Assembly (NCBI GenBank): GCA_964016885.1
Contig: CAXHJY010000175.1
Span: forward strand, 1 to 49,758
Source of the DNA: Eledone cirrhosa
Lineage: Eukaryota
Length of the DNA stretch: 49,758 nucleotides
Direction: 5' to 3'
Every line of letters starts with the position of its first letter. Within the stretch, counting starts at the first letter, position 1. The notes under the pieces were generated by a model. The model did not search any database. It saw nothing but the letters and a program-made list of their open reading frames with translations, and was not told where the DNA came from. This document shows, one piece after another, positions 26,673 through 39,910 of this stretch. Made by a program: the position numbers and the translations under genes.

Positions 26673-26677
26673 ACTAC

Positions 26678-26708
<31 letters not shown>

Positions 26709-26974
26709 TTTTCGTCTTCCTCAGCATCTAACTCTGCAACTATTCATTTACTAGTTTTTTCATACAATTTTTTCGTTGAAAAAAAAAACCATCAAGTCTG
26801 GAAAAAAAACCAAATTTATGTTCGATGTGATAAATATACTGTCTAAATCTCCCTAAAATTCCTTGCTTTCCTCTCTTTGAAAACATGAACTCTACGACGA
26901 AATATACAGGGAAATATACATGTTTATATATACATATATATATACATATATTTTTTTGCCATTAACATTACAAG

Positions 26975-27061
26975 GGGTCTGACGAGCCGTGGATTACAGA
27001 GTCGGGTCAGATCGATACAGATCGAACCTTGAGCTGATCAGTGGCGAAACGCGCGTCGCCC
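26975..27061 (+). ncRNA. Type-I hammerhead ribozyme with extended helix II (family A)
   Basis: gggt-CTGACGA(26979-85)-gccgtggatt..gatcagtggc-GAAAC-GCGC-GTC(27055-57)-gccc; AATAAA at 27065. Confidence 0.8.
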
Positions 27062-27315
27062 ACCAATAAACGTTATCTTATTTCACTATGTATATATATA
27101 TACACACATACACATTCGTACACACACATATAGATACACACAGCACTATTTATATACATATATAGTATTATATTTTCCTGTTAATCTTTATATGTGATGT
27201 AATACAATAAGGTCTCTAATAATGAAATATGGGAAACCCTTAATAAAGGAATGCAAACAGCTGTACCTTTGATATTTTTAATATAACTTGTTTCACAGAA
27301 ACAGTTCCCTTTATA

Positions 27316-27394
<79 letters not shown>

Positions 27395-27841
27395 CGGCGA
27401 TGAATTTGTTTTGCAAGTTTTTTTATATGAAATCGTGTATCGAGACAAATATTGTTATACTTGGGGAGGTCATATTGTTGTAATAATATTGCCAGAAATA
27501 ATAACAGAACACACTCACTGTTTGGTTGGTTTTCGCTTCTGTATCTTTTATATCTCCATAGTTAATTTATTTGGCAATCAATGTTTACCATTGGCTGACC
27601 CACGATCAAAAATACAGATATAAATACATATATATAGTCTAACAACGTTCTTTCGTTGCACATCTACAACATCATCAGTGGTACTATTATCATGTTTCCC
27701 CTGCTCTATTGTATGTATTGTAGTGTCTACGCCATTTTTATTTTTAATTTATCTATATATAGTATATATACATATATATATAGAGAGAGAGACAGACAGA
27801 CATACAGACACATAGTGACATATACACAGATATATATGAGA

Positions 27842-27903
<62 letters not shown>

Positions 27904-28123
27904 TAGTCATCGGACAATGAAGGAATTTGTAGTTCGTTCAATAAAGAACTCAATACGTTTTTTAAATGTAGAGTAAATATTAATTTATCAAGGTTATTGG
28001 ACTAACAGTGGGCCGGCTGTTTCCTTTGTGTATCGCATTCTGTTCAGAGGTCAAATATCTTAATGGATAAATCACTGGAACAGCAGGCAAGCTCTAGGAT
28101 CAATATCCCAATAACCTTACTAA

Positions 28124-28174
<51 letters not shown>

Positions 28175-28261
28175 GATATCGATATATATATAGATAGATA
28201 GATAGATAGATAAATAGAGAGAGAGATATGTATATGTGTATATGTAGAGACGTGTGCGTGC

Positions 28262-28302
<41 letters not shown>

Positions 28303-28619
28303 CACACACACACAAACTGCTTATAATAACATGTTATTATATGCAATATTTCATTTTTTTTCTCGCATAAACAACGTGTAAGTGTAGGAATACGAGATTC
28401 TCACGACTTGTGAATGTGGTATAGACTTAATTTTGTGATTAAATCTAAAAGAGGAGACAACATAATTAATACCCAGTGTTATATTACAAGATTCTACCTG
28501 TGTGCTGAAAGGTTCCTGTCTTTGTGTAAAAGAAAATACTGGAATATCAGTTACAGGACAATACAGGAGATTAGTTAATTATGATTGTATTCAACACATT
28601 TCCCTCTCAGTTCGGATGT

Positions 28620-28695
28620 GGCTGTCGAAACGGCCGGAGCTCAGCCGTCGGGGTCCTGACTCACTTCCTGTTACCCACTCTACTACCCTAAGTAT
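28620..28695 (+). mobile_element. Family P fragment (half-hammerhead, no fold-back)
   Basis: gtcgaaacggccggagctcagccgtcggggtc..ttacccactctactaccctaagtat. Confidence 0.75.
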
Positions 28696-28782
28696 ATATT
28701 TATAAATAAAGTTTAATATAGAAATGGCTTCTACAGGACTAGAACTTTTTTAATCGAAGGAAATCATCAGGAAATATATATA

Positions 28783-28962
28783 ATTGTTTCTACTTTTGGC
28801 ACAAGGCCAGCAATTATCCCAGGGGATTACTGGTACTTTATTTTATCGACCCCGTAAGGATGAAAGGCAAAGTTAACCTCGGCGGGATTTGTACTCAGTC
28901 CGTAAAGGGACGTAACTGTGCTGCAAAGCATGGCGTCCGACCCTCTACCGATACTGCCAATC
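28783..28962 (-). mobile_element. Near full-length tRNA/Nin-type SINE
   Basis: Minus strand tggcagtatcgg (A box) and gagtacaaatcc (B box-like), Nin/Deu-like core. Confidence 0.82.
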
Positions 28963-29356
28963 CACCGGAAATATATATAATGTTTGTGTGTGAGATTGGA
29001 ACATCCTCTGTCTGTTCAGATATCTGGTGTTTATCTAACGTAACTTCTTATGTAAAGTGGTAATGATTGTCGTGTTATTAGAATATTAATTAATTCTTAA
29101 AGCAAGCTTAATTAACTAGAATTAATTACTCTTTAATGTGTGAACTTTCATATGATATCCAACTATATTCTGTGTCCAACCATTCAGTATATTTAATCTA
29201 ATGTAATACATGGTATCTTTATATGTCAGCCATGCATGCAATATGATATCACGCCGTGGATAGAAGATGGCCGAATTATCACGTCGTTGTCGTAGCCAGA
29301 ATAAAGTCTGGGTTTCAACGCTCTGCCTCGCCCCTTGGATAAATATACTTAATAAC

Positions 29357-29467
29357 TGTTTCTACTTTAGGCACAAGGCCAGCAATTACCCAGTGTATTA
29401 CTGGTACTTTATTTTATCGACCCCGTAAGGATGAAAGGCAAAATTGTTTCTGATTTAGGCACAAAGC
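29357..29467 (-). mobile_element. Truncated tRNA/Nin-type SINE plus a second tail fragment
   Basis: Same core sequence as the other copies. Confidence 0.75.
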
Positions 29468-29572
29468 TAACATTTCATTTCCTCTCTCTTCACAATATTC
29501 ATACTTGAATATATATACCTCTCGTTCAGTAACTTTCAACCTTCATCAATACATGACCCAACCATCTTATTT

Positions 29573-29649
<77 letters not shown>

Positions 29650-29882
29650 ACTCATTCAGTCACTTTCAACCTTCCTCAACACATGACCCAACCATCTCAT
29701 CCCATTTCTCTTCACAACATTCATCACTGGTTCTATTTCCAGCATTTTTTGCAAATCACTCTTTTTGTTTTCCTTCTCTCTGAGCGATACTCCGTTCGTC
29801 CACCGAACCATTCACCTTTTAGTTCTTCCCAGCCTTCTCCGATGTTCTGATTATAAGGTTTGACGGTTTAGTATCTTATATA

Positions 29883-30052
29883 ATTGTTTCTACTATTGGC
29901 ACAAGGCCAGCAATTACCCAGTACATTACTGGTACTTTATTTTATCGACCCCGTAAGGATGAAAGGCAAAGTTAACCTCGGCGAGATTTGAACACAGAAT
30001 GGCAAGGGCCGTAACTCTATGCGTCAAAGCATGGTGTCCGACCCTCTACCGA
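29883..30052 (-). mobile_element. tRNA/Nin-type SINE
   Basis: Same family as 4735 and 28783. Confidence 0.82.
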
Positions 30053-30059
30053 TAAATAA

Positions 30060-30450
30060 ACACTATTTGGTCAAAATAGGTTTGAAACGTTTTGTTGCCC
30101 GTATAATAAGCTAATTTGAGTAAAATTGGTTTCGTAGCTTTAGTATCTTATATAATAAGCTATTTTCAGTAAAATAGGTTTGGTAGCTTTAGTATCTTCT
30201 ATAAAAAATAAAAAAAACTATTTTCAGTAAAATAGGTTTGAAAGGTTTAGTATCATATGTAATAATTATTTTCAGTAAAATAGGTTTGGTAGCTTTAGTA
30301 TCTTCTATAAAAAATAAAAAAAACTATTTTCAGTAAAATAGGTTTGAAAGGTTTAGTAACATATGTAATAAGTTATTTTCGGTAAAATGGGTTTGGTGGG
30401 TTTAGTATGTTATACAATAAAGTATTTCGAGTAAAATAGGTTTGGTAGCT
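30060..30450. repeat. AT-rich minisatellite of about 45-60 bp units (tattttcagtaaaataggtttg..tttagtatc)
   Basis: About 8 units; 30161-30265 is repeated almost exactly at 30267-30370. Confidence 0.88.
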
Positions 30451-30690
30451 GTTCTAGATACTATAATAAACTAGACTTTTCTATTATTGTAACTGTAGTA
30501 TTTACTATAAATATTTAATAGTTGGTAAAACCAAATATTATATTAGCTTTTGATTCGGCGACATGATAAAGTGGATAATATTGTAGAAATCTGTTTAGAT
30601 TTTTGCTCTTTTACGGAATAATGGTATCTCAGTTAAAATATGCAGCTTTCATACTCTCACACCTGGAGAAACTAATCGATAGATATGTAC

Positions 30691-30723
<33 letters not shown>

Positions 30724-30727
30724 CGTG

Positions 30728-30777
<50 letters not shown>

Positions 30778-30815
30778 TATGCGTACTAGCATATATATAT
30801 ATATGTGTGTGTGTA

Positions 30816-30887
<72 letters not shown>

Positions 30888-31096
30888 CTGCGGACATATA
30901 GAAATTCACACTTTCTCTCCTCCACCGTCTCTCTCTCCTCTTATCTCCTTCTCCTCTCTCTTTCCTCTCTTCTCTCCCTCTTCCCTCTCCCCTCTTCTCT
31001 CTTCTCCCTCTCTGTCAATCTTCTCTCTCCCTATCGCTCTCACACTTCGCTATTACTATCACATATCTCTCTCTTTCACTTCCCTTCTGTCGTCGT

Positions 31097-31178
<82 letters not shown>

Positions 31179-31340
31179 TCTCTCATTCTCACTCTCCCTC
31201 TCTTTCACTTCCCTTCTCTGTGTATATATATATATGGGGGGGTTATATATATATATCTGTGTGTGTGTGTGTGTGAGTTTTAATTGTTTGTATATATGGT
31301 TGTGTATACATATGTGTGTATGGGTGTGTATGTATGGTTG

Positions 31341-31385
<45 letters not shown>

Positions 31386-31418
31386 GCGTGTGTGTGTGTA
31401 TGGTTGTGTATATATATA

Positions 31419-31470
<52 letters not shown>

Positions 31471-31709
31471 TTGCTACGCCACCTCCCGTCTATATTCTGA
31501 CAGATGTAGACACAGATACATCTACAGATGGTGAGATTGATTAAAGACTTTATCTCCTTTCGTATCTTAGTATCTTCCAATATAGACATAAGAGGAGAGC
31601 AGAACATAGCCAGATATGCGTTCTATAGACATCATTACAATGTATGAGCTTCTGTCTGTTCTTCTTGCTCGTATATAAAGGCGGTTCTCTTCATACGTAC
31701 TAACGACAA

Positions 31710-32575
31710 CGAAATCTTCCAACATAATTTCATATAAGAACCATATGTTAAGGTAGATTGTAATTTGAGGGAGATTTGGTTGCTATTTTTAACAGCTTCT
31801 TGGTTCTATGAAACAAAACCCCTCACAAAGGGTTTCTATTTAAATTGAAATCGTCCAACATAATTTTACATAAGAACCATATGTTAAGGTAGATTGTAAT
31901 TTGAGGGAGATTTGGCTGTTATTTTTAATAGTTTCTTGGTTTCATGAAACAAAACCTTTCGTTATAAAGGATTCGTATTTAAATTGAAATCTTCCAACAT
32001 AATTTTACACAAGAACCATGTGTTAGGTTAGAATATATTTTGAGGGACATCTGGCTGCTATTTCTAACAGTTTCTTGGCTCTATGAAACAAGACCTCTCA
32101 TTATAAAGGGTTCATATTTAAATTGAAATCTTCCAACATAATTTTATATATAAATACCATATGTTAATTTACTTTCTTAGTAATGAAATAATTAATAAAT
32201 TTAGTAAATACCCTAAAAGTATTAATTAATTAATTAATTGAATTAAGAAGTATTTCATTTGAAATACGACCACGAAATGGTTAAATCAAAATCTTCCAAC
32301 ATAATTTCGTACAAAGAATCACACATTAAGTTACTATCTTATTAATTAAATAAATAATTAATTGAAATATTCTGTTTCTCTTTAAATTAATATCTTTCAA
32401 CATAATTTTATATAAGAACCAAATGTTAAGTTACTATGTTAGAAATGAAATAATTAATTTTAGTAAACCCCTCAAATGCTTGATTAATTAATTAAAAGGA
32501 AGTGTATTTAATTAGGTATGTTGTCATAAAAAGGTTAGAAATAATTCTAGACGGAACACAATGTAGTCTCATTTT
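31710..32575 (+). repeat. Complex repeat with about 140-bp subunits (aaatcttccaacataatttt..aagaaccatatgttaag..gagggagatttggctgctatttctaacag)
   Basis: Subunit starts near 31712, 31847, 31986, 32125, 32289 and 32390; inverted homolog at 41580-42375. Confidence 0.85.
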
Positions 32576-32655
32576 GATTAGATACTCGTGCTTTTTCTTA
32601 AAAAAACCTTTCGCTCTCTATGTTTCTATTTCATTTTTCTATTTCTAATTCTACC

Positions 32656-32687
32656 TTCTGAGGAAGGAAGAGTGCCCGAAACGTAAA
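32656..32687 (+). ncRNA. Degenerate minimal hammerhead motif
   Basis: CTGAGGA-agg aagagtgc cc-GAAAC-GTA; same layout as 22769 but stem I is only 2 bp. Confidence 0.45.
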
Positions 32688-32822
32688 TACACTTTTAAAT
32701 TAATAAGAAGAGTTGAGATGAATGCATGCAAGATTTCACAGCTCTAGAATCATTCCTTCACACACACACACACAATTCGTTGAGGGAGATGGCAGCACCA
32801 CTAACACCTGGGAACTTGATGG

Positions 32823-32896
<74 letters not shown>

Positions 32897-33264
32897 GCGT
32901 ATGTATGTCTTATATGTAACTTTATATATACATATATGCATGTGTGTGTGAGTGTGTATGTATGTGATTGTACATAGATATGTATATGTGTAGATATAGG
33001 CAGTCAGATGGAATGACCTGGCTGAAACTTCGAAGTCACAGTCTCTTTACACTTTACTTAAACGTATTCAACTAACCATTTAATGTTTAAATGCTTTTAA
33101 ACACCCATTTCTTATATACATATATATACACACGTCTATCTATATATGTGTATGTGTGAGTGTATATGTGTGTGTGGATGTGTGTGTGAGAATCAGCCAG
33201 TACAATCGTCTGACTGACACACACAACTATTTGTCTATGTCTATATATGTATGTCTCTCTCTCA

Positions 33265-33390
<126 letters not shown>

Positions 33391-33684
33391 CATACATATA
33401 GAATAGACAAATAGTTTGTGTTCAGTCAACATTTACTGGCTATTCTCACACACACATCCACACAACACATATACATCACACATACAATATATAGATAGAC
33501 GTGTTGTACTATATATGCTATATAAGACAATGGAGTGTTTAAAAGCAATCTCTAAACATTATTAATGTTCCGTCTAGTGATTCTCTGTTTGTCTTGTTTA
33601 ACATTTTTAAAGATTCTAACTCTCCAAAATATAAACTTTCTTACAGCTTATGTTTATTTAGTCTCCAACTGTACACAGCAGCCT

Positions 33685-34131
33685 CTGTCGTCTGCCACTG
33701 TGTGTGTCTGTTGTGTGTATGTCGTCTGCCACAGTGTGTCTGTGTGTGTATGTCGTCTGCCACGGTGTGTATGTGTGTGTGTGTCGTGTGTATGTCGTCT
33801 GCCACTGTGTGTGTCTGTTGTGTGTATGTCGTCTGCCACAGTGTGTCTGTGTGTGTATGTCGTGTGTATGTCGTCTGCCACAGTGTGTCTGTGTGTGTAT
33901 GTCGTCTGCCACAGTGTGTCTTTGTGTGTATGTCGTCTGCCACAGTGTGTCTGTGTGTGTATGTCGTGTGTATGTCGTCTGCCACAGTGTGTCTGTGTGT
34001 GTATGTGTGTGTGTCTGTCGTGTTTCTGTCGTGTGTCTGTGTGTGTCTGTGTACATGTTGTCTGCCTCTGTGTATGTCTGTCGTATGTTTGTGTATGCGT
34101 GGGTTTCTGTGTGTTTGCCGTGTGTGTGTGT

Positions 34132-34225
<94 letters not shown>

Positions 34226-34420
34226 TCTGTCGTCTGCCTATGTGTGTGACTGTGTATGTTTGTGTGTGTCTGTCGTCTGTCTGTGTATGTGTATGTTTGT
34301 GTGTGTCTGTCGTCTGCCTGTATATGTGTATGTCTGTGTGTGTGTTTTTCGTTTGCCTGTGTGTGTATGTGTGTATGTCTGTGTACATGTATGCGTGTAT
34401 CTGTCGTCTGCCTGTGTGTC
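33685..34420. repeat. (tatgtcgtctgccacagtgtgtctgtgtgtg)n minisatellite grading into (TG)n
   Basis: Direct reading; about 10 gtcgtctgcc motifs. Confidence 0.9.
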
Positions 34421-34757
34421 TATGTATCTGTATATATATATATATATGTGTGGGTGTCTATCTATCGTGTCTCTGTATGTGTCTATGTATATATATATAT
34501 ATATATGTTATATATATGTATATATGTTTCTATCTATCGTGTCTTATATAAATAACAACCTCCAAACATTAACCGTTCAACTACGTTTACCATCTCGTGT
34601 AAAGTTTCCATTAATGAACGTCAAATTTATAATAATTACTGGATATAAACTGAAAAGTATCTCAACTGAAATTCTTAATGAAAATGATTTGTGGCCAAAT
34701 ATAAAAGAGATTTTCTAACTCTTATTTTTTTCCCTTTCTTTCTCTTTTTGCCTCTAG

Positions 34758-34792
34758 GTGGCACTTCAGACTAATACAAGTTTTGTCGCCGG
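34758..34792 (+). other. Candidate 35-nt internal exon of an unidentified host gene
   Basis: Branch-point-like CTAAC near 34715, about 35-nt polypyrimidine tract, TAG acceptor, GG|GTAAGT donor; two of three frames are open (VALQTNTSFVAG / WHFRLIQVLSP). Confidence 0.6.
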
Positions 34793-34937
34793 GTAAGTAA
34801 ATCTTGATTAATTAAAGACTAACGAGACTTTTCGCTTGAACGATTTATAATTTAAACCTAACCGAAAATTGATTGATTTCTTCTATGATTTGTTTAAACG
34901 GTTTGGGTGCCATTTTAGAGAACAGGTCGTAGAGATT

Positions 34938-35325
34938 CACCTCTATGTTCTTGTGGTGACTCTCTAGAATCTCTTTGGAACTATTTGTTCCAATGTAGAA
35001 ACTCTCAGGCTTAGAGAGAAGCCATGTTGCAAGCAATCTTTTTACAACTACCAAGATTGGAAGTTCAATATATGATTACAGGTCTACCAAATATAAACAA
35101 TATATTTGAGTACATGGAAGCTATGAAAAGATTTACCTCTATGTTCTTGTCGTGACTCTCCAGAAACTCTTGGCACTATTTGTTCCACTGTAGAAACTAT
35201 CAGTCTGAGAGAGAGGCTATATTGAAACCAATCTTTAAAAAACTACCATCATTGCAAGTTCAATATAGGATTACAGGTCTACCAAATATAAATAAAATGT
35301 TTGAGTTCATGGAAGCTACGAAAAT
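34938..35325. repeat. Diverged tandem duplication, about 196 bp x2
   Basis: acctctatgttcttgt.gtgactctc..gattacaggtctaccaaatataaa..catggaagcta occurs twice. Confidence 0.85.
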
Positions 35326-37341
35326 ATTCAACAAGAGAAACTTCTCTTTTACATCTTCCCTGGTTTCCTCTTTTCTTTTTCTTTTTCGGGTACCTATCCA
35401 TAATCTGCCTCCATTGGCCTTGGATATTTGAATTTTTATTTTTGTGTTATTTTTTTCCCTTTTTTAATTTTTTTTTCTTACTTGTCTCACTAGCTCTTTT
35501 TGATTACCAACTGTAAGGAGTACTCAATACTTCCCCTAGTCTGTCATGGCTTACTAGCTCTATATGGACGTTTAAATTGAATAAATAAAATTGGTAAATA
35601 AATAAATAGATATAGACGTTACGTCAGAAGCCTCGGCTTCTCTAAATATAAACCAAACCTGTTTGATTAGAGATAAGTTTACCAAAGCAATGATGAAACA
35701 GAATCGTGTTCCGTTGTTAAAGGAAAACAAAATTTCGTTTTTCTGCTTGAAATAGCTACAAAGATAACTGGTCTGATTACAATTTAACTTCACATTAAAG
35801 TCACTTTGTTGTGGGTTTGTTGGATGTTTCGTTATATTAGCGGGAGTTGATACGGGGCGGTGTATGTATGTGTGGAGGGAGGAGCTATATGGGGTGGTGT
35901 ATGTAGCGGTTATGTGTGGTGGGGGTATAGATCCGTGTTTGCCATGACGTATTGTCATTAACACGCTTGTTGAGTTACAAATACTGTTTGAGGAAGTAAT
36001 ATTTGAGGAAGACTTGATGACTATTTCTTGCATATAAAACAACGGCTCCAGTTCGGGAATTCAGGAGCTGTGGGAAATGTGGAGTTACCCCTTAGTTGTT
36101 ATCCCTCCCAGGTCTGCTCTGGACCCGAGTTATAGTACCTGTTAAGGTCCCATTTATGGGTTAAGTAATTACCTCAGTCGAGTGGCGCTGGTAAGGTATT
36201 ACCCGCCCTAGGTGGAATGAAAGGTCCCTAGATGGTTCACCAATAGATGAGGATCTATGTGATTAAATAGAGATGTGGCTGCTATGTCTAATAGATGGAA
36301 CTATTACTATGTTTGAATGGAGAGCGACAGAAATAGAGTGTGGTTCTGTGTATGTGACTGTATTAGTGTCTGTGTGAGTGTAGGAAAATCTTTGAGAGAA
36401 AGTGTGTGTATGTGTGTTACCATGAAGAGTCTATGTGGGATTGTGGGAAAGAGAGTGTGAGAATGTCTGTGAGACAGAGAGAAAGAGGGTGAATATGAGA
36501 GTGTTTGTGTGTGAGAGAGAAAGCGTGTGGTGTGTGTGTGTACGAAAGAGACAGAAAATGTGCTGTGCTTGAGAGAGAGAGATTGTGTGTATGATAGAAT
36601 GTGTGTGTGAGAGAGTGTATGTGATGTGTGTGTGAGAGTGTGTGTGTGTATGTGACAGCGAGAGTGTGTGTTGTGTGTGTGAGAGAGAGTGTGTGCTGTG
36701 TGTGTGTGTAAGAGAGAGTGCATGTGTGTGAGAGAGGAGAGTGTGTGCTGTGTGTGTGCATGTTAAAACATGTGTGTGTGAGACAGTGTGTGCGTTGAGT
36801 GTGACACAGAAACAGATAAAGAGAAGGTACTTGACAGCTAGTTTCAGCAGATCTAGTAAGCGATGTCTTAAAAGCTGTCATATATTTGTATATCATAATA
36901 ATAATAATATTTGTTTTATATAATCAACACACACCCAAGCCACCATTTCATAATAACACAAAATGGAGTCTGAAGCCAGCTAACGTCTGTTAAAACCTGC
37001 CTCGTTTTCATATATTCCTACTTGGCTTTCAACAAACATTACTCTTCAATTCATCCCACTGAAATATTATCAAAATTATACGAAATGTTTAGATTTACTT
37101 AAAGAAAATTCAATGTTTATTCAATTATGTATTAGTTCGAATTCATTTTGATAGCAATCTATTTTACTCTTTTTCTCTATTTTTTGTTCTCTCTTTCTCT
37201 CTATCTTTATATCTCTCTTTATCTCTATCTCTCTCTATCTTTTTCTCTTTTTATTTCATGCTCTCTATCTCTCTATATATATATAAATATATATACAGTA
37301 TATATGTATATATTTCTCTGTCACTCTCGCTTTATTTCTAT

Positions 37342-37434
<93 letters not shown>

Positions 37435-37802
37435 ACACTCACACGTTCGCTTTCATTTTAATACGTTTATACATAAAAGGAACATATGTGTATGCGTGGG
37501 TGTAGACACACACACACAGACACACACGTATATATACATATATATATATATATATTCGTGTGTGTATGTATATAAATAGAAAAATATATTCGTGTATATA
37601 TATATATATACATATTCGTGTATACATATATATATATATACAGAACATACATATATTTATATATATATATACATATTCATATACATGCATGTATATATCT
37701 AAATTATAATAATATATATATATTATATATTGGGTAGTAACATAAATTCCTGCCGTTGTTATAATTTGTTTGTTTTCACAAATCAAATCGACAGCAAGTT
37801 AT

Positions 37803-37886
<84 letters not shown>

Positions 37887-37957
37887 GTTATATATATATA
37901 TATATATATATATTAATTCAATATATTAACAAAAATAGACATTCGTGTGATCAAGTA

Positions 37958-38024
37958 TATTTTATTATACATATTTCAGAGGTACTGAGCTAACTTCAAC
38001 AGTACGTCCTCATCAGAGAAAATA
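37958..38024 (-). ncRNA. Type-I hammerhead ribozyme (family B), antisense arm of a palindrome
   Basis: Reverse complement of 38113-38179 with 2 substitutions. Confidence 0.72.
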
Positions 38025-38112
38025 AGATGATGCATGACATACCCTGACTTAGTAGATGGTTAAGATTCAGTCATGGTAGTACTACTATGTCAGGGTATGT
38101 CATGCATCATCT

Positions 38113-38179
38113 TATTTTATCTGATGAGGACGTACTGTTGAAGTTAACTCAGTACCTCTGAAATATGTATAATAAAATA
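38113..38179 (+). ncRNA. Type-I hammerhead ribozyme (family B)
   Basis: Stem I tattttat/ataaaata (8 bp); CTGATGA 38121-27; stem II gga-c-gtactg/cagtac-c-tct; GAAA 38160-63; short near-palindromic helix III; AUA site. Confidence 0.75.
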
Positions 38180-38316
38180 TCTTGATCACACGAATGTCTA
38201 TTTTTGTTAATATTTTGAATTAATATTAATAACTCCGGAAAACCATTGCTGTTGAGTGCTTCCAATCTATTGTAAAACTCATTCTTTGATTTATTCATTG
38301 AACCTTGTTTAACCTT

Positions 38317-38366
<50 letters not shown>

Positions 38367-38435
38367 GGAATAAACTCTGTGAGTGAACATTGCTAGTTTT
38401 CTCCCTCATGTCAAGAATTTGAAGACAATTCATTT

Positions 38436-38510
38436 TCACCTGATGAGATCAGTGATAATTGATCATGGCTTTACCCATCGATCTATCTCTTATTGAAACA
38501 CGTGTCGTGA
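38436..38510 (+). ncRNA. Type-I hammerhead ribozyme with branched helix-II insert (family C)
   Basis: tcac-CTGATGA(38440-46)..GAAAC-ACGT-GTC-gtga; palindromic helix III ACACGUGU. Confidence 0.68.
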
Positions 38511-38917
38511 TTATAATGATTGGAATTTTACCTTGCCTTCGGATTTTCATTTTGATATATATATATATATATATTATGTTATATATATATATATATTATG
38601 TTATATATATATGTATATATTATGTTATAATATAAGTTCAAAAGATGGTTAAAGGAGTTCCATGTATTTTATTATGCGCATTTCAAAAATAAACATCATC
38701 ATGCAATAATATTTGTGTTTTCATCAGATAAAACAGGAGAACATGATATGAAGGCTAAAAAACACTTGTGGGTAGTGCAGTTTTAAATCATGTATACTCC
38801 AGTATATATACTTTAAATTATGTATACTCCAGTCCTACAAACTGTAGAGTGCTTCTTATCCGATATCTGCATTGCTTTATTGTACTACAATAAAACTCAC
38901 CTCCTACATATATTATG

Positions 38918-38958
<41 letters not shown>

Positions 38959-38975
38959 ATTTTATATATATTATG

Positions 38976-39010
<35 letters not shown>

Positions 39011-39062
39011 GTTATATATATATATATAACATAATATATATATATATAACATAATATATAAC

Positions 39063-39099
<37 letters not shown>

Positions 39100-39491
39100 C
39101 ATTATATATATAACCTCACACAATCATACAAATCTGTTTACCTAATATTTTGGAGTGTTCTCAAGAATATAAACAGCGTTTTGTCTTCTGTGGTGAAGGT
39201 GGAGGAGGAGAGGGGGGAGAGGAATGTGGAGGGGGTGGGTAGAGGTGGGAGGAGAGGAATATGGTGGGTAGAGGTGGGAGGAGAGGAATATGGTGGGTAG
39301 AGATGGGAGGAGAGGAATATGGTGGGTAGAGGTGGGAGGAGAGGAATATGGTGGGTAGAGGTGGGAGGAGAGGAATATGGTGGGTAGAGATGGGAGGTGG
39401 CGTGTGGAGTGGGGGGTATATAGAGGGTGTGGTAGGGGAAGGGGTGATATATGGAGATGGAGAGATAGGAGGAGGGAGGGGAGAAAGAACC

Positions 39492-39870
39492 GCTGCTACT
39501 ACTACCTCCTCAACTACTACTACTACTACTACTACTACTATAACAGATACTACTAATACTACCACTATTCCCACATCAGAAACTACCACCGCTGCTACTA
39601 CTACCACAACATCAGCTACTACTACTATCACTACCACTACCACAACATCACATACTACCAGCACCGCTACTACTACCACAACATCAGCTACTACTACTAT
39701 CACTACCACTACCACAACATCACATACTACCAGCACCGCTACTACTACCACAACATCAGCTACTACTACTATCACTACCACTACCACAACATCACATACT
39801 ACCAGCACCGCTACTACTACCAAAACATCAGATACTACTACTATCACTACCGCCACTACTACTACTACTT

Positions 39871-39910
<40 letters not shown>

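Noticed and set aside
27990-28120. Short IR (aaggttattgg/ccaataacctt) with minus-strand CTGAACA..GAAACAG..CTGTT
   Set aside because: Core mismatch at G8 and no helix II; too degenerate to call.
28715-28775. Minus-strand CTGATGA in a short repeat (related piece at about 18475)
   Set aside because: No properly placed GAAA or helix III downstream.
33002-33042. agtcag..ctggct-GAAAC-TTCGAA-GTC, resembling the 3' part of a hammerhead
   Set aside because: No CUGANGA upstream and only one copy here; possibly a relic but not supportable.
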